A stretch of 64,000 nt of DNA. It comes from Octopus sinensis (taxonomy: Eukaryota). The notes under the pieces are model-generated. The model worked only from the letters and a program-made list of their open reading frames with translations, searched no databases and had not been told where the DNA came from. Both the position numbers and the translations under genes were made by a program. Each line of letters begins with the position of its first letter. Positions within the stretch are counted from its first letter, which is position 1. Below, piece by piece: positions 1-12,807 of this stretch. The stretch spans positions 117,614,001 to 117,678,000 of the forward strand of contig NC_042999.1 in assembly GCF_006345805.1 (NCBI RefSeq), given 5' to 3'.

Positions 1-248
1 ATAATGGTGATGCTCATGAAGAGGAAGATGAATAAAAAAAATTGTTAGTTTTTTATCAAACTTTCAATTCAGAGTTAGTGGGCGTCTCTTGTTTATGCAA
101 ACTAGCCTTTGGGGAGTTAAATATTTGTCGTCATATTAATATTTATGACGCGTGTAGGCGGTATGTTAATCGCATCCGTATGCTCCGATATATATATCGC
201 TTCTATAATCAATCATGTACAATAGAAAACAAAATATCTCAGACAAAC

Positions 249-470
249 AAGGCGGTGAGCTTGTAGAAATGCTAGCAGGTTGGGCGAAATGCTTAGCGGT
301 ATTTTGTCTGTCTTAACGTTCCGAGTTCTAATTCCGCCGAGATCGACTTTGCCTTTCATCCTTTCAGGGTCGATAATTTAAGTATTAGTTGCGTACTGGG
401 GTCGATCTAATATACTGGCCCTCTCCCCCAAAATTTCGTGCCTTGTACCTAGAGTAGAAAAGAATATCAT
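249..470 (+). mobile_element. tRNA-derived SINE (octopus OK-like family)
   Basis: Head aaggcggtgagcttgtagaaatgctagc and body gagttctaattccgccgagatcgactttgcctttcatcctttcagggtcgat. Same family as the copies at 35865 and 51991. Confidence 0.85.
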
Positions 471-560
471 TAAACAAACATATACGCATTAGATATACAG
501 GAGATGTATTAGTTGTACTGGACACGTCAGAAGATATCGAGAAATTAAAGAAGGATGAGA

Positions 561-720
561 AGGTGCGTGGCCCAGTCGTTATAATGTTACACTCTCGATC
601 ACAAGATTGTGGTTTCGATTCTCAGATTGTGATTTATGTTCTTTAGTAAATCACTTCATTTCAAATTTCTCCAGTTTATTCAGATGTAAATGTGTAACCT
701 TGCGATGGATTTCAGTTACA
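561..720 (+). mobile_element. Degenerate tRNA-headed SINE fragment
   Basis: A-box-like gtggcccagtcgtta and B-box-like ggtttcgattctc; similar to the SINE at 27968. Confidence 0.5.
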
Positions 721-832
721 GAGTGAGGTGGTGAAGCAGGAAAATCACCTGAAAGGAGGTCACGCGAACCACGTTTTGCATTCAGTGATCATAAAGAAGA
801 ATAGTACCAAACGATGTTACCTTCTGGAGTTA

Positions 833-907
833 TGCCAACTCATAAGGGCCGGTTTCCTGGTTTTATGGTGTATATATTCCTCACCTGGATGGGACGTTGG
901 TTCGTCC
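833..907 (-). mobile_element. SINE 3' tail fragment (family of 21540-21836)
   Basis: ctcataagggccggtttcctgg...cacctggatgggacg matches 21577-21640. A second, more decayed piece lies at about 1099-1141. Confidence 0.55.
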
Positions 908-3582
908 TATGATTACTAATTTTTTCTTGCTGAAGGGACTAGAGCAACGTGAAATGATGTGTTTTGTGCAAGAATACAACACATCGCACGGTCCGGAAAT
1001 CGAAGCCACAATCTTATGATCATGAGTCCAATATTCTAACCATTAAGCTACATGCCTTCATGAATAGTAGAAAAAAGTTGCCTTATCGAGTCATACCGAC
1101 TCACAAGGGCCGGTTTTCTAATTTCATGGCGTATATATCCCAATTGTACCACCTATACAGTGAATCCTGACTGGTTGGGATTGGCTGTTAAGCTACATCT
1201 AAGGTAAGTTAATCAAAAGAGGGACCTAGAGAAAAAAATCAGTACTAAAACTTAACAGCCAGAACATTACGATCAGGGCTCCATCTCTAAACCTAAACCT
1301 TCAGATGAAGACAATAGATGCATTTCGTTAGTATGTTACATAAACACGAAAACTGCATATACTTACATAGAGACAGCAAATGTCCACGCAACTGCAAAAT
1401 GTCTGCGTTAGAATCATTACTAAGGACAGCATTCAGATTCTCTTCCACAAATGAGATAGAAAGCATAAATACAATGTGACAAATACCTTAGATAGTACTT
1501 TGATTAAAAATGCCTTGTTAAGCACAACCCGTACTATATTCATTAAATATATGATAGGCATAGGAACAAATACTCAAAATCTCATACAATAGGTCATAAA
1601 ATCTCATACAATAGGTCATAAAATGCATCACACGAAGCCATAAACTGATATTAAAACAAAAGGATCAAAATCTTGTTAATAACACTATACAACTATTACA
1701 CAGATAAGAGAAAAATTTATAAATTCTGCTACAATACTGAAAGTAACAAACTTCATGATATTAACTGTTCGACATATGCAATGCTCATGTGTGGGCTCAT
1801 TTCTATTTACAAGAAGTAATAATTGTAACATACCACAATGCACATACATAGAACAAAGCTAAATAAAATGTTAACAGAAAATACAGCCATACTTTGTAGA
1901 ATTCGAGGACAGAGATATAGGCGACTGATTGCAACACAAGGCTACTGTTAACATAACGACATATACACACATAAGAAATACAAATTTAATGACGTAAAAC
2001 TATATCACTCAAACGGCCAATTTTGGCAGAAGTCTGCATACACATACATCGCCCATTATATAAAGAGGATACAGAAGCCAACGCCGCTTCATGAAGCTCT
2101 GGGATGAGGTAGCGTGAAAAATGTTGAGAAAAGGAATTTAGTAACTTTGTCCTTCCGACAAGCTAATTCCAATGTATATATAAAGCATTATAGGAAACTT
2201 AAATGCTTTTGATATGTTTTGAAGAAGAGGCAACTCCTTTTACTCATGCTGGCTCTCCAAGAGAGCGAATTGTTGCCTTAAACGATACACCAACACTGTT
2301 CCAGCCAGCGACAGCAGAAAGAACATGTTAAGGGAGAAAATTCAGTAAATCTAAGGCCCAACGTTCTGAGACGAACTAGCTATTACGATTAGTGCGTTGA
2401 CGGGGGCAATGGTGGACAAAATATGGGCACAAAACGGAGGAGTGACAAGTAAATAGTGTATGCTTGAAGGGAGGTAGTACAAGTTCTGAGCAGACCCCGT
2501 TTTTGTAGCGGTGGAAAAGGCAAGGAGAGGAAAGAAAACAATAGCGTATTAGATACTGGAGATTTTCATGAGAGAGTTTGTTACTTAATAGTGTGGTGCA
2601 TCTCAGAAGATAGTCCAGAATATGTGAGTATGTAACATCAGCAGTGTTACAAGACTCACTTGTGGCTTTCTCCTGGGGCTAAGTCGTAGTTATGTTTTGT
2701 GGAATAGAAGAGCCAGTCTTTAAATTACAGTTTGAGCTATATTAAGGATGTATGATCTCCATGAAAGATTTACTATGATTGTTATAACTCCGCTTTGAAC
2801 TGATCGTGGGGGTTCAATTTTGTCATGACCTTGTCCTCGCGAAAGAGTGGCGATTGCAATGATATTTTCTTGAAATGAAAAGTCTTTGTCTCTTTTATGT
2901 GGCTGAAAGAGTCAAGATCGGCATGATCTTATCAGAGACGTTGTTCTTACCGGAGAAGTTGTATCAATGACTAAGGATCTAGTAAATGTATGTAATATGA
3001 AGTTAGAAGCAACAAAGTTAGAATTGTTCTTTGCAGGAGTATTTCTTACTCAGTCAACATTGTTGCGAAATAAAAGTAAGGAGTATTCAACAAAATCAGT
3101 GGAGAATCTTTTTTGCAGGGGACCAGAAATAATGGTGCAGTTTAAAAGCGCGAGAACTTGGAGATTGCGTGATGCACGGCAGTATCCTTCGTGCTTCAGG
3201 TGGTAGTTTTGCAAGAATTCCGGTTTAGCCAGTATTGTTGGGTGGGTGATTTTTTTTCAATCTTTGTAGATTTTGTTTATTACTTAGATTCCTAAGGGAA
3301 CCATCTGGGCACTCGAGGCATTGGGTGTTTTTTATGAGTACAAAATGTAGAAGTGCATACCTAAGAAGATGGTGTTAGTCACATATTTAGCCGTTTCTGA
3401 TGAGACAAGAATGAAGCGCAAGTAGGTAGTCATAATAAGACAGCCCCCGAACGATCTGGAAAGTGCGTGAGATGTTATGAGATTTCTGATTATATATATA
3501 TATATATATGATCAGATTGAAAGGAGAATAACTCCCTGTACAGAACGACAAATTAGCGCTCTAATTAATAGAGCAACATGAA

Positions 3583-3706
3583 ATATAAAGATTAATAGAA
3601 AGAGAGCAAACTTCAGGTGTCAGAGTTAATTTCATCAATATATATATATTGACGAAATGAACTCTGACTCCTGAAATGTGTTCTCTTTCTATCAATTTTT
3701 TTATAT
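3583..3706. repeat. Imperfect foldback (~55-bp arms) centred on a short (TA)n
   Basis: tagaaagagagcaaacttcaggtgtcagagttaatttcatcaat is near reverse-complementary to attgacgaaatgaactctgactcctgaaatgtgttctctttcta. Confidence 0.85.
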
Positions 3707-3719
3707 ATATTTGTCCGTA

Positions 3720-4140
3720 GCACCTTCTCTTCCCCCTGCAACTCCACCCGGATCGTTCTCTTGCTCTAGATCCCGCTGGCACACCTGACCTTTAATCACC
3801 AGCACCACCTCCCTCACTGGATCTAACCAGCACATTCTCCACATGAGAAACTCCTTCTCTTGCATCACTTCAATCCTTATCTATTGATTTAGATGTAATG
3901 TTTGCAATAAACTCTACGTTGGTCAGACCGGTTCATCGAACATCTAGATGTTCGGCTACGCACAAACACCCCCGTCGCTCGTCATTTCCACTTGGCCAAC
4001 CACTCCACCTCTAATATCTCCGTTTTAGGCCTCGTCCTGCACCACGGAACCACACACACCAGACTCCGCCTGGAACAACGTTACATTTTCAGTCAACAAA
4101 CACAAACTCCTTTCGGACTCAACACAACCTCCTCCTCTTA
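3720..4140 (+). pseudogene. Penelope-like element 3' fragment: Cys-rich linker plus GIY-YIG endonuclease (stops and frameshift)
   Basis: Translates as PGSFSCSRSRWHT*PLI...MRNSFSCITSILIY*FRCNVCNKLYVGQTG, then after a frameshift FIEHLDVRLRTNTPVARHFHLANHSTSNISVLGLVLHHGTTHTRLRLEQRYIFSQQTQTPFGLN. The Cys linker suggests a Neptune-type PLE. Confidence 0.85.
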
Positions 4141-4519
4141 ACGACTGTCTTCACACTCTCCTTAAAAAAACCCATCTTTTTATTTTATGTTATTTTATTT
4201 TATCTTATTTTATCCTCTCTTATACCCACTTACATTTTTACAATGACACCTTTACTTTCTCATCGTTTTTTTCTGTCGAATTTTTTAATCTTTTAATTTT
4301 TAAAATAAAAAAAAATTAACTTTTTAGGTGTACTAATCTTTTTATAATTGCATTAATTTCTATTTTATTCCTTTAATTTTAATTTTTTAAAATTTATTTT
4401 ATTCCTTTTTTATTTTTATTTTATTTTGTTATTTTTATTTTGTCTGCTATTTTTCGTATTTTTATTCATTTTTTTATTTTTATATTTGTACCCTTCCCTT
4501 TTGCTCTTGTATTATCCCC

Positions 4520-5250
4520 ATGTACACACAGACATATACACACGTACCACACACACAACCCCACGTGCACACACACTTATACACATGCAGACAGATACAC
4601 ACACATACGCACACGCACATGAACGCACACATATCTCCCACACTCACAACACAACTCATACACGCACACAATTATACATACATGGAGATACACACATGCA
4701 CATCCACACACGGACATCCACGCACACACACAGGCGCCCGCACACACACAGGCGCACGCACACACATACAGGAACACACATATAACTCCACACACACAAC
4801 CCCCCATACACAACCCCCCATACACAACCCTACACACATACACACACGCACATACACACACGCACATACATACACGCACATACAAACACGTACGCACACA
4901 CGCACACATACTCACACACACACACATACCACGCACACACTGATGCTTGCACACACTGCACACAAAACACACACACAGCATATACATGCACGCACACACA
5001 TACATGCACACGCACACAAACTTCAAACTGCCAGTCAAACAACTTTCTACTGACCCACATGTGAAGCGGCACACAACTACACAAAGGACCACCACTCCTG
5101 TTACCACGCTGCTGAAGTATTCCTACAACATTAAGAGACACGAAGTTCACTCACACATACACATATAAACAGCCAACACCACACAAATACCACATACGCA
5201 CACATACACACATACACAGACTTGCGCGCACATACATACACACATACACG
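4520..5250. repeat. Long degenerate (CA)n-rich microsatellite
   Basis: Interrupted CA/TACA runs; these produce the spurious HT/CV-rich ORFs in the track. Confidence 0.95.
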
Positions 5251-5399
5251 CACACACCTCCTTTTCTTACACTCTCCTATCTTAGAAAGAACTTTTTCTT
5301 TACCTTTTCATTTCCGGTCATTTCAAAATGTAACCACATGTCAATCATTGGTGATGTTTTTTTTCCTCCACATTCCTTTTCTATTAGACATACCTTTGT

Positions 5400-5480
5400 C
5401 TCCTGTTCCTGGAGAAGAGTTTTGCTCGAAACGTAAAACCACCTTTCTTTCCTTCCCTGAGCGTCTGCTAATACTTTACG
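5400..5480 (+). mobile_element. PLE terminal-repeat-like fragment with decayed minimal hammerhead
   Basis: CTGGAGA-A-GAG-ttttg-CTC-GAAA-CGT-A at 5409-5435. The core has A6->G and stem I is not retained. Confidence 0.4.
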
Positions 5481-5484
5481 TGTA

Positions 5485-5773
5485 CCACAGACTTATACTT
5501 TGTAAGCCTAGTACTTATTCTAACAGGCTCTTTTGCCGAACCGCTAAGGTACGAGGACGTGAATGCACCAACATCGGTCGTCAAGCAATGGTGGGTGGGA
5601 ACAAACACAAACACACACACACACATATATACGACGGGTTTATTTCAATTTCCGTCTACCAAATCCACTCACAAAGCTTTGGTCGGTCCCAGGCTATAGT
5701 AGTTGCCACGCAGTGGGACTGAACCCGGATCCATGTGGTTGGTAAGCAAGATACTTACCACACAGCCACTCCT
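5485..5773 (-). mobile_element. tRNA-derived SINE (octopus OR-like family)
   Basis: Minus-strand head aggagtggctgtgtggtaag...ccgggttcagtcccactgcgtggc and body ...ttagcggttcggcaaaagag...aataagtactaggcttacaaag. Confidence 0.85.
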
Positions 5774-5816
5774 ATATATGTATATATATATTATGTATGT
5801 ATGTATTATATATGTA

Positions 5817-5853
<37 letters not shown>

Positions 5854-5927
5854 GCCACTTTTATGTTAAAACGGGATCACATGTGGTCGTGTCATATAGA
5901 AAATACAATCGCACGCGATCTCATTCT

Positions 5928-7071
5928 TGTTGAGTTAGACAAACCATTTATACATGCAGCACAATAGAACATAAGGGATTGACAACAAGTCACTGTTTGA
6001 GAGGCAAGATAAGATTTTATTTACAATGAAGTTAAGGTTGGAAGTGTATGGGAGCATGCAACACGTGTTTGTGTCTGTGTGTTAGTGTGTGACAGAACAA
6101 TGAATGTGGTTGACATAGAAAAGTACCTGATGGTGGAAGATAGCAGTATTTGGGTGTTGAGCGTACATTGGCATAGTGGTTAAGGAACCATTGTATCATT
6201 TTGTTGTTTAGCGCTGTCTCTGAAGCTAGTTCTTACAAGAACTAAAGACAGGTAATTGATTTACTGTTTATGAGGTACACGAGGTGTAATAGTTCAATAT
6301 CAAGATGTTGTGTCTCGGAGCTGACATCTGTTGAATCGCTTGTTGCGTTTATCTTTCTCTTGATATGAATATACTCCAGATATGTTAACAGTAGCCGTTT
6401 TTTCCGTGGTGAGATTTCACCTAACCGCTATAGTTGAATCTGTGATAGTCTTGTGTACTATTTAAAACTTCGTAGCTAGGGACGATGTTTGCTTGGTTTT
6501 TGTTCCTCTTGATGTAGATTCCTGCAACTGTTTTCCGTGGTGTGGTTTTCACACAAACAGTATGAGTTGGTTTTGTAGCCATCTTATGTACGAGCTAAAT
6601 CTCCGTAGGTAGCGACGGAGTTGGTGATGCCGTTATGTCTGGTTATATGGTCTCCGACCAGGACCTTAGAAGGTCTTAAGCCGACAGACGAGCTCTGTGG
6701 TCAGAGGTTTAGCTCTGAAAAAAACTAAAAGCCTAAGACGAATATTTGTCTGAAAGCTCTCCTTTTTATATTGTTTGGCTGGCTCAAACGAACCTCAGAA
6801 ATGGGATCTTAATCCAAGGCTGTGATTGGCTGTTTAGCGACAGTGGCGCGAAAATAAGTTGAGACAATTCGTGTTACGTGGCGCGGACTATGTAGAGACC
6901 ACATGTCAACTGCCAACCAATCAGCTTAGTGTTTACAACAGCGTCAAACCAGCCAAAGATGTTTGTTATCTCAAACGAGATCATTCTTTTTACTCTTCTC
7001 AAACAGTGAAGATAGCAATGAGAGAACGATATTGCTACAATGTTTTATTAAAGATATATTCCTGCATTACA
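5928..7071 (-). mobile_element. Possible solo-LTR-like unit
   Basis: The minus strand begins TGTAATG and ends ...CAACA, with CCAAT (~6826), TATAAAAA (~6768) and AATAAA (~6018) in promoter-to-polyA order. No target-site duplication found. Confidence 0.3.
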
Positions 7072-7701
7072 TGCGTATTGGAGTAGGTTAATGTATGAGT
7101 TCGGAGGGCCATATTTTTGTACAGGTATCAACTAAAATATATTGCTGTAGATATAAACGTAATATAGAATATTAACATCTTCGATCATAGAACACAAATA
7201 TAGACTGTGTTACGGGTCAAAACAAAAGTCGCTGTGATTGATTAACTTGACACCTTTTCAGTAAATCTGCATACGAATATAATCGGAATATAAACTTGGA
7301 TATTTATATATATTTTATATTTCGATCAGTTTGATATCAGAACGTCGTCAAATATATTTTTCTTATGGATATATACATATTCGCGGACTATGGACTTAAA
7401 ATAGATATCATTTTGATACTTCCAGTAGTTATTCAGTAAAACTTTATTTGATATACAAAAAGCAGAGGTGTGACAAAAACGTTACAGCAGCAATTTGCAA
7501 TCTTTTTTGAGGTAGAGTACGATAAATAAGATACTGAAGATGCCACGGCAGTTTAAAATAGAGATGAGTGCATGAATTGCATTTGCCCTCAATAAATGTA
7601 TCAGTGTATTATAAACACCCCAATTTTCTAAATATACTGGAATTTCTTAAAACACTCATGTGTGCCATGATACAGCGGTAGCAAATGATCGCTCAAGAGT
7701 G

Positions 7702-7925
7702 TACGATGGGGTGCTGAAAAAGTTCCTGGCTTTGGTTAAAAGAAAACACAGGCAGATCAGTTACTTATGATTTTATTTAAAACATTACCCTCTCAGATTC
7801 ACACGCCTATTGCAGCGGTCTCTCAGTTTTTCTAAGCACTGTAAAAGAACATGGAAGGTTGGGCCTTAAACCAGGCCTTCCTCGATATCCTTAAACTGTT
7901 CAACGTCCCTCTTCTTCACTGTATC
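7702..7925. mobile_element. Mariner-family terminal fragment
   Basis: Starts TA+cgatggggtgctgaaaaagttcctggct, a mariner-type TIR similar to the one at 23167. No transposase is retained. Confidence 0.6.
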
Positions 7926-8576
7926 TAGCAATAGTAGTGTTTGCTCTTTATTATTTCTGTGGTGATAAATAGTTACTAGGCATATGCTGGGATCAATGCA
8001 ACTGGTTATGTATATTTTGTCCTAAAATACTCTGCATCCTTGATTTAATGTACTAAATCATCATCAATCGATTTATTTAGAGTCTGTATAAGTATCTCAA
8101 ATACATTCCAATAAAACTATATTCAATGCTTTTAATACTTTTAAAACGAATAATAATCGATAAGCATTGTAAAACCAAACCTAGACTGAAGTAGATGGTA
8201 AGAATAAAACCAAATTCATGCCAGTAATTTGAGAGGAATATCTACTAAAGAACAAACAGAACTAATTTTGAAGAACCACTCCAGGAATTAAAATGTCAAT
8301 AATGGCTTTGCAAAATTCCAAAAAATAATAAATACATTCATTACTGCAGTGAAAAGTTTTGCAAAATAAATTTCAGGTGCGTTTCTAATTTTTCTTTTTG
8401 CTTTCTTCGACAGTAAGTTACGTATTTAAAAGTCATGTATTTTGTGTTCATCGAACATATTAAATACTTTACATATTACAAATTTTTACTTTTATTACTG
8501 AGGTAAGAACCAGTTAATTGAAACGAGAAAAGACTACGAAATTTATGTTTCCTTCCAATTTTATTTATCTCCACAG

Positions 8577-8651
8577 TAGAGGAAGAGCAGTCCTTCGTCT
8601 TCAAACTGGGCTCCTACATATTAAATTAGACAAAGCCAAGCAGTCTTGTAT
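8577..8651 (+). CDS. Candidate internal exon, unidentified protein (RGRAVLRLQTGLLHIKLDKAKQSC)
   Basis: Acceptor ttttatttatctccacag, donor gtaagc, 75 nt, open in one frame (phase 2-2). Confidence 0.35.
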
Positions 8652-9136
8652 GTAAGCAATTTCTTCCTATATTTGAGTTAGTCATAAAAAAAGGAATTGG
8701 TTTCTATCTAACGAATATTGGAAACTGGATAAAAAAGAAAAAAACCCACACTTAAACATTATGCATAAAATTTGAGAAAAGCTTGTATATTTTAAATATT
8801 GTTACCAGTTTATATTTACTTAAAACGCATTATCAGGTCACCTTCTATGCACGAAAACATAAAGTTCTGAAATTATGTCTTCGAAATTTAATAATATAGT
8901 CAAATGTATCAATAACTATTAGCATAAAGGTAAATTTATGATCTGGGTAAAAAAAGTCGTTCGCTTCGGTGAAATTGTCCATAGTTATTCACTCTCTCGT
9001 TGATTATAAAAGAAATATTCATATCTTCAAGGCAACTGGCCTCTAAAACTGTAATTTCATTATATCTTACATAATAGCATAAGGCGTGTTACGCTTCCAT
9101 TTGATAGAAATTCAAGTGCGAATGTTCAACATCTTA

Positions 9137-9346
9137 TATTGGTTTCAAATTCTGGTACAAGGCCAGCAGTCTCAGGGCAGGAGTAAGTCGATTACATCGA
9201 CTCAAGCGTTCAACTGGTACTTATTTTATCGACCCCGAAAGGCAAAGTCGATCTCAGTAGAATTAGAACTCAGAACTTAAATACGAACGAAATGCCTCTA
9301 AGCATTTTGCCCGCAGTACTAATGATTCTACCAACTTTCCGCCTCC
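9137..9346 (-). mobile_element. SINE (OK-like)
   Basis: aagtcgattacatcgac...ctggtacttattttatcgaccccgaaaggcaaagtcga...gaactcagaac. Confidence 0.8.
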
Positions 9347-10704
9347 AAAATACATCTTATATCTAGCAACAAAAGTTTATACTCTAATCCCAGGGGAGTC
9401 GTTCCTACACTTGGCATTCTATATTGTTTTAGCAATAACATCATGACGCATCGGCGGGTAATATCTTTATTACATTTTCGAGAAGTTGCTGGCCACATCA
9501 TTTACATAAGGGAAACGTAGCTGATATTTTGAGCCGCATACTTTGAGTTTAAGGGATACACTCTTTCTTGTGTTCATTAGTTATTTTGTAGCTCTTTGAC
9601 TGGAAGAGTGTATCCTTCAAAATGTGATATGATATAAAGTCACGAGTCCCAAACTAAGTCACCTTTACTATCACTATGTGTGTTATCCCCAGTTTTACAG
9701 GAAACCTAACCATTGCATAACGTTTTCCGATATGTAGAGTATTTCGATTCTAGATCCTTATCGAAGTACTCTTGTCAAGTAACTATAGCGTCATGTAGGA
9801 AGTCATTATAAAATGAATAATTTTTGAATAGTCTACTACTGAACCGCAAGATTTTATATTTACTTTTGATCACTTTGTAGTTGTATATGATTTTTCCACT
9901 GCTGTTTAACTGATATGGTCTAAGCAATACCAGACAATACTCAAAGGCTCTTTTGTCTGATCTGAAACTTCTACATTCGCTTTTCGAAGATAAAGCTTGT
10001 CCATATCACTATTTCTGTTGCTGTCTAAAATATCTTGCTGGTTTTAATATCTGTGGAGCAATTTTCAATATAAAACAAAATGTTAATAGTATTAATACAA
10101 TGCAAATGCATTGTGGAAATTGTCTTGATGTAAGAGGAAGACTCCAGTTTACTATTCAAAACTGGTAATTTTATCTTCGTTCATAACACATTTGCATAAT
10201 TTTCTTGATACCAGGGGAAAAAAAGAATCATAGATGTATAGGTCTGGAGTATTTTGAAAACAGCTTTCCGTGTTGAACTATCAAATATGAATATTTATGT
10301 TCACTAATTCCCTGTTTATACCATATAAAAATGTTAACTAAATCTGGTTATTTATAAGTGTTGTTAGTATTTCCAGTGTAGAATTTCAGATTGACCATAA
10401 AACAACTTCTGTTAGTTTGGTGTATGTTAATGTTGTACTAACATTAGCCGCTAGACATTTCTAAATGAAATGATAATAGATTTATTGCGCAAATAAAGAG
10501 AAATACAAACAGTTTCCTCGGAACATTCCGTTACAAGCGTGAGGAAGCGGGGCCCGAACTTTGTAAATCTTTCAATGGCAGCAACTAAGGTAATGAATAC
10601 GTCTATTGTCATGTTTATTCCAGCAACTCTGCGTGGAAAATATAATAGAATTCCATCGTGTAACTGATGTACATATGTCGCAAGCTTTCTTTTATTTTCC
10701 TCAG

Positions 10705-10773
10705 CCCAGAAAATATAGAGTTTTAGGAGAAGTGTTAGAGACAACTTCTGTAAATTTCATGCATTATGTTTGG
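10705..10773 (+). CDS. Candidate exon, unidentified protein (PRKYRVLGEVLETTSVNFMHYVW)
   Basis: Strong acceptor ctttcttttattttcctcag and donor gtgagc, 69 nt, phase 0-0, one open frame. An in-phase upstream donor at 10590 follows ...MAATK. Confidence 0.4.
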
Positions 10774-12062
10774 GTGAGCAAAGGGAACTATAGTTATGTG
10801 TTGCTTTCAATAACATTTTCTTAATGTCACCAACTTTATCCGAAAATAATACAGGAAACTTAAGTTAATTTAAGAAATAAATGGAGAAATAAATGAAGAA
10901 TTTTCAGCACACAAGTGTTAATTTATAATTTTGCTCTTTGAACGAGATGATAATATTTGCACAATTTGTTTTCTTTTTACATCGCTTACAAATAAAAAGA
11001 ACAGAAAAACTTCACCTGGGATGCGTCTTGTTACTCGTATAATTCAGGAATGTCAGCTTAGACCGTATCCTCGATTTTCCGAGTTGAATCCCGCGTACCA
11101 TATTCTCATCTTTGAGGATCTTACTGGGGTGATAGCACTTGTTGGTCAGTCACGGCAGAGGAGGAAATGTTTTGCGGAGATGGGAATCGACTGAGACACA
11201 ACTCGGACGACTGCCCTGGACAATCCGACCGGATACTAACAAACGCTTGCCCTCTACCGATGCTTGCCACCATTTCTGATCAGAGCTGATGTATCGGTCT
11301 TGTTGAAATATATCTGACAAGTGTGTGATAAAATATTCATCATATTTATGTGCGTTCAATTTTTGTACGTATTTTTGTTTTTGCTTTTGTTTGGAAATAA
11401 TCGAAGGCAGTTTTTAATAAATCGTCTATTTCTCATGTTGAGAAAACTCGACATCTAATCTAGCATGCTATCCTGCTAGCTCTTTATTATCACTATCATT
11501 CAATCATTTGTCTTATTAATTTTTTTCAAAATAGTGCATTCTTTGTGTCGCGATTCAGTGAGTGGTGGGTTATATTACTCAGACTGTAACCTTAAGTTGA
11601 GCACAAGAGCATTCTTCGAGAATGTTCAAGACTTGCAGTAGATAGAGAGACTAACAGTCAGACAAACAAACAAACAAAATAAAGTGAAAACCTGACTGAG
11701 TTAACGCGAAAGAGGCAAACAGAATGAAAATTCGAAGGGATGATAGAAGTCCTTTAATAGTGAAAATCATATGTTGAACGATTTGAAACCTTTAAGTTCT
11801 TGTAAAACATAGTATCCGCAACTGGAGGTACAATGACTCAAGCCTTCAGCGTTTTAAAGCCTACTTAGATGACAAATCTCTGCTTTTCACACAAAACATT
11901 CGACACCAGCATCAAATCTCACTTGCTGTATTGTCTCGGTCCACATAGAATGAATACAAATGTTATGTAAAAGTTCTAGACATTCTAGACAGTCCCGCAT
12001 CATGCATTGCATATATTGATATTTTCTCTGAACCAAATTTATAATTTTAAGTTATAATTCAC

Positions 12063-12120
12063 CTGAAGAAAACGGTTTCTTTCATAATGTGATCGGTGTA
12101 TACATCAATAAGAAACACGT
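12063..12120 (-). CDS. Candidate exon ([18 protein letters not shown])
   Basis: Acceptor ttctgtttcag, donor gtgaat, one open frame. Confidence 0.25.
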
Positions 12121-12173
12121 CTGAAACAGAAGTAGTGATCTTCAGCCTATTTGTATTCTCTCTATCTCTCTCC

Positions 12174-12177
<4 letters not shown>

Positions 12178-12204
<27 letters not shown>

Positions 12205-12235
12205 CATACATACATACATACATACATACATACAC
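12178..12235. repeat. (TACA)n microsatellite
   Basis: Near-perfect tetranucleotide run. Confidence 0.95.
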
Positions 12236-12749
12236 AAGAGGCAGAAACACTGTGACAAAGAAGAAAGCATAAATCACGACATACTCTATAAACTCACATT
12301 GCCTTTGATCTATGATTTTATGTTATCCGTTTATTTGTAGTTGCAAGCGTTTTATAAATTTCCAAAATCTTGTGAAAGTGGAAGATCGTAAACTGTGATG
12401 TATTGACATTCTAGCAGCTTCTCAGATATGAAGAAGCTCCGTGTGTTCATGCCTGACAGTAGATTCACCTAATTTATGATACATACATGTTGGTTTACTT
12501 ACCACACACTTTTAAACATGAATATATATACATTGATAATGCATTTATAAATATATACTCATCACTTTTATACGTAAATATATACACACTTATATAAACA
12601 CATACATATATATATGTATCTGTAAAGATACACATAAAATCTGATGTACATAAATATAAATATACATGCATTTTACATGCATAGATACATAAATATATCC
12701 CCATGCCCACGCATACATTCGTAATGCATGCATACATGGCGCCGCTCAC

Positions 12750-12807
12750 ATCAGACGTGTCTTTTTTTCCGACTCCTCCAGCCTAACCAGTAGCAGATTT
12801 ATTTCTC
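12750..12807 (-). CDS. Candidate exon (EINLLLVRLEESEKKTRL)
   Basis: Acceptor tttctcttatttataacag, donor gtgagc, one open frame. Confidence 0.3.

Noticed and set aside
1576-1624. 22-bp tandem duplication (similar 17-18-bp ones at ~26934, ~45945 and ~60517)
   Set aside because: Two-copy slippage duplications without spacers; not CRISPR-like and unremarkable.
3397-3420. CTGATGA core-like heptamer
   Set aside because: Not followed by a stem II and GAAA; likely chance or too decayed.
2460-3460. TE-like, moderately GC-rich stretch with broken frames
   Set aside because: I found no RT, EN or transposase motif on either strand; it needs a Dfam/Repbase search.
4426-5168. Many overlapping ORFs rich in H/T or C/V (and similar I/Y, F/L ORFs elsewhere, e.g. 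18728-19092 and 37891-38610)
   Set aside because: These are translations of (CA)n, (TA)n and (TTC)n microsatellites, not genes.
10437-10447. Perfect TACTAAC branch-point motif
   Set aside because: The next AG is only a few nt away, there is no polypyrimidine tract, and the following frames contain stops.
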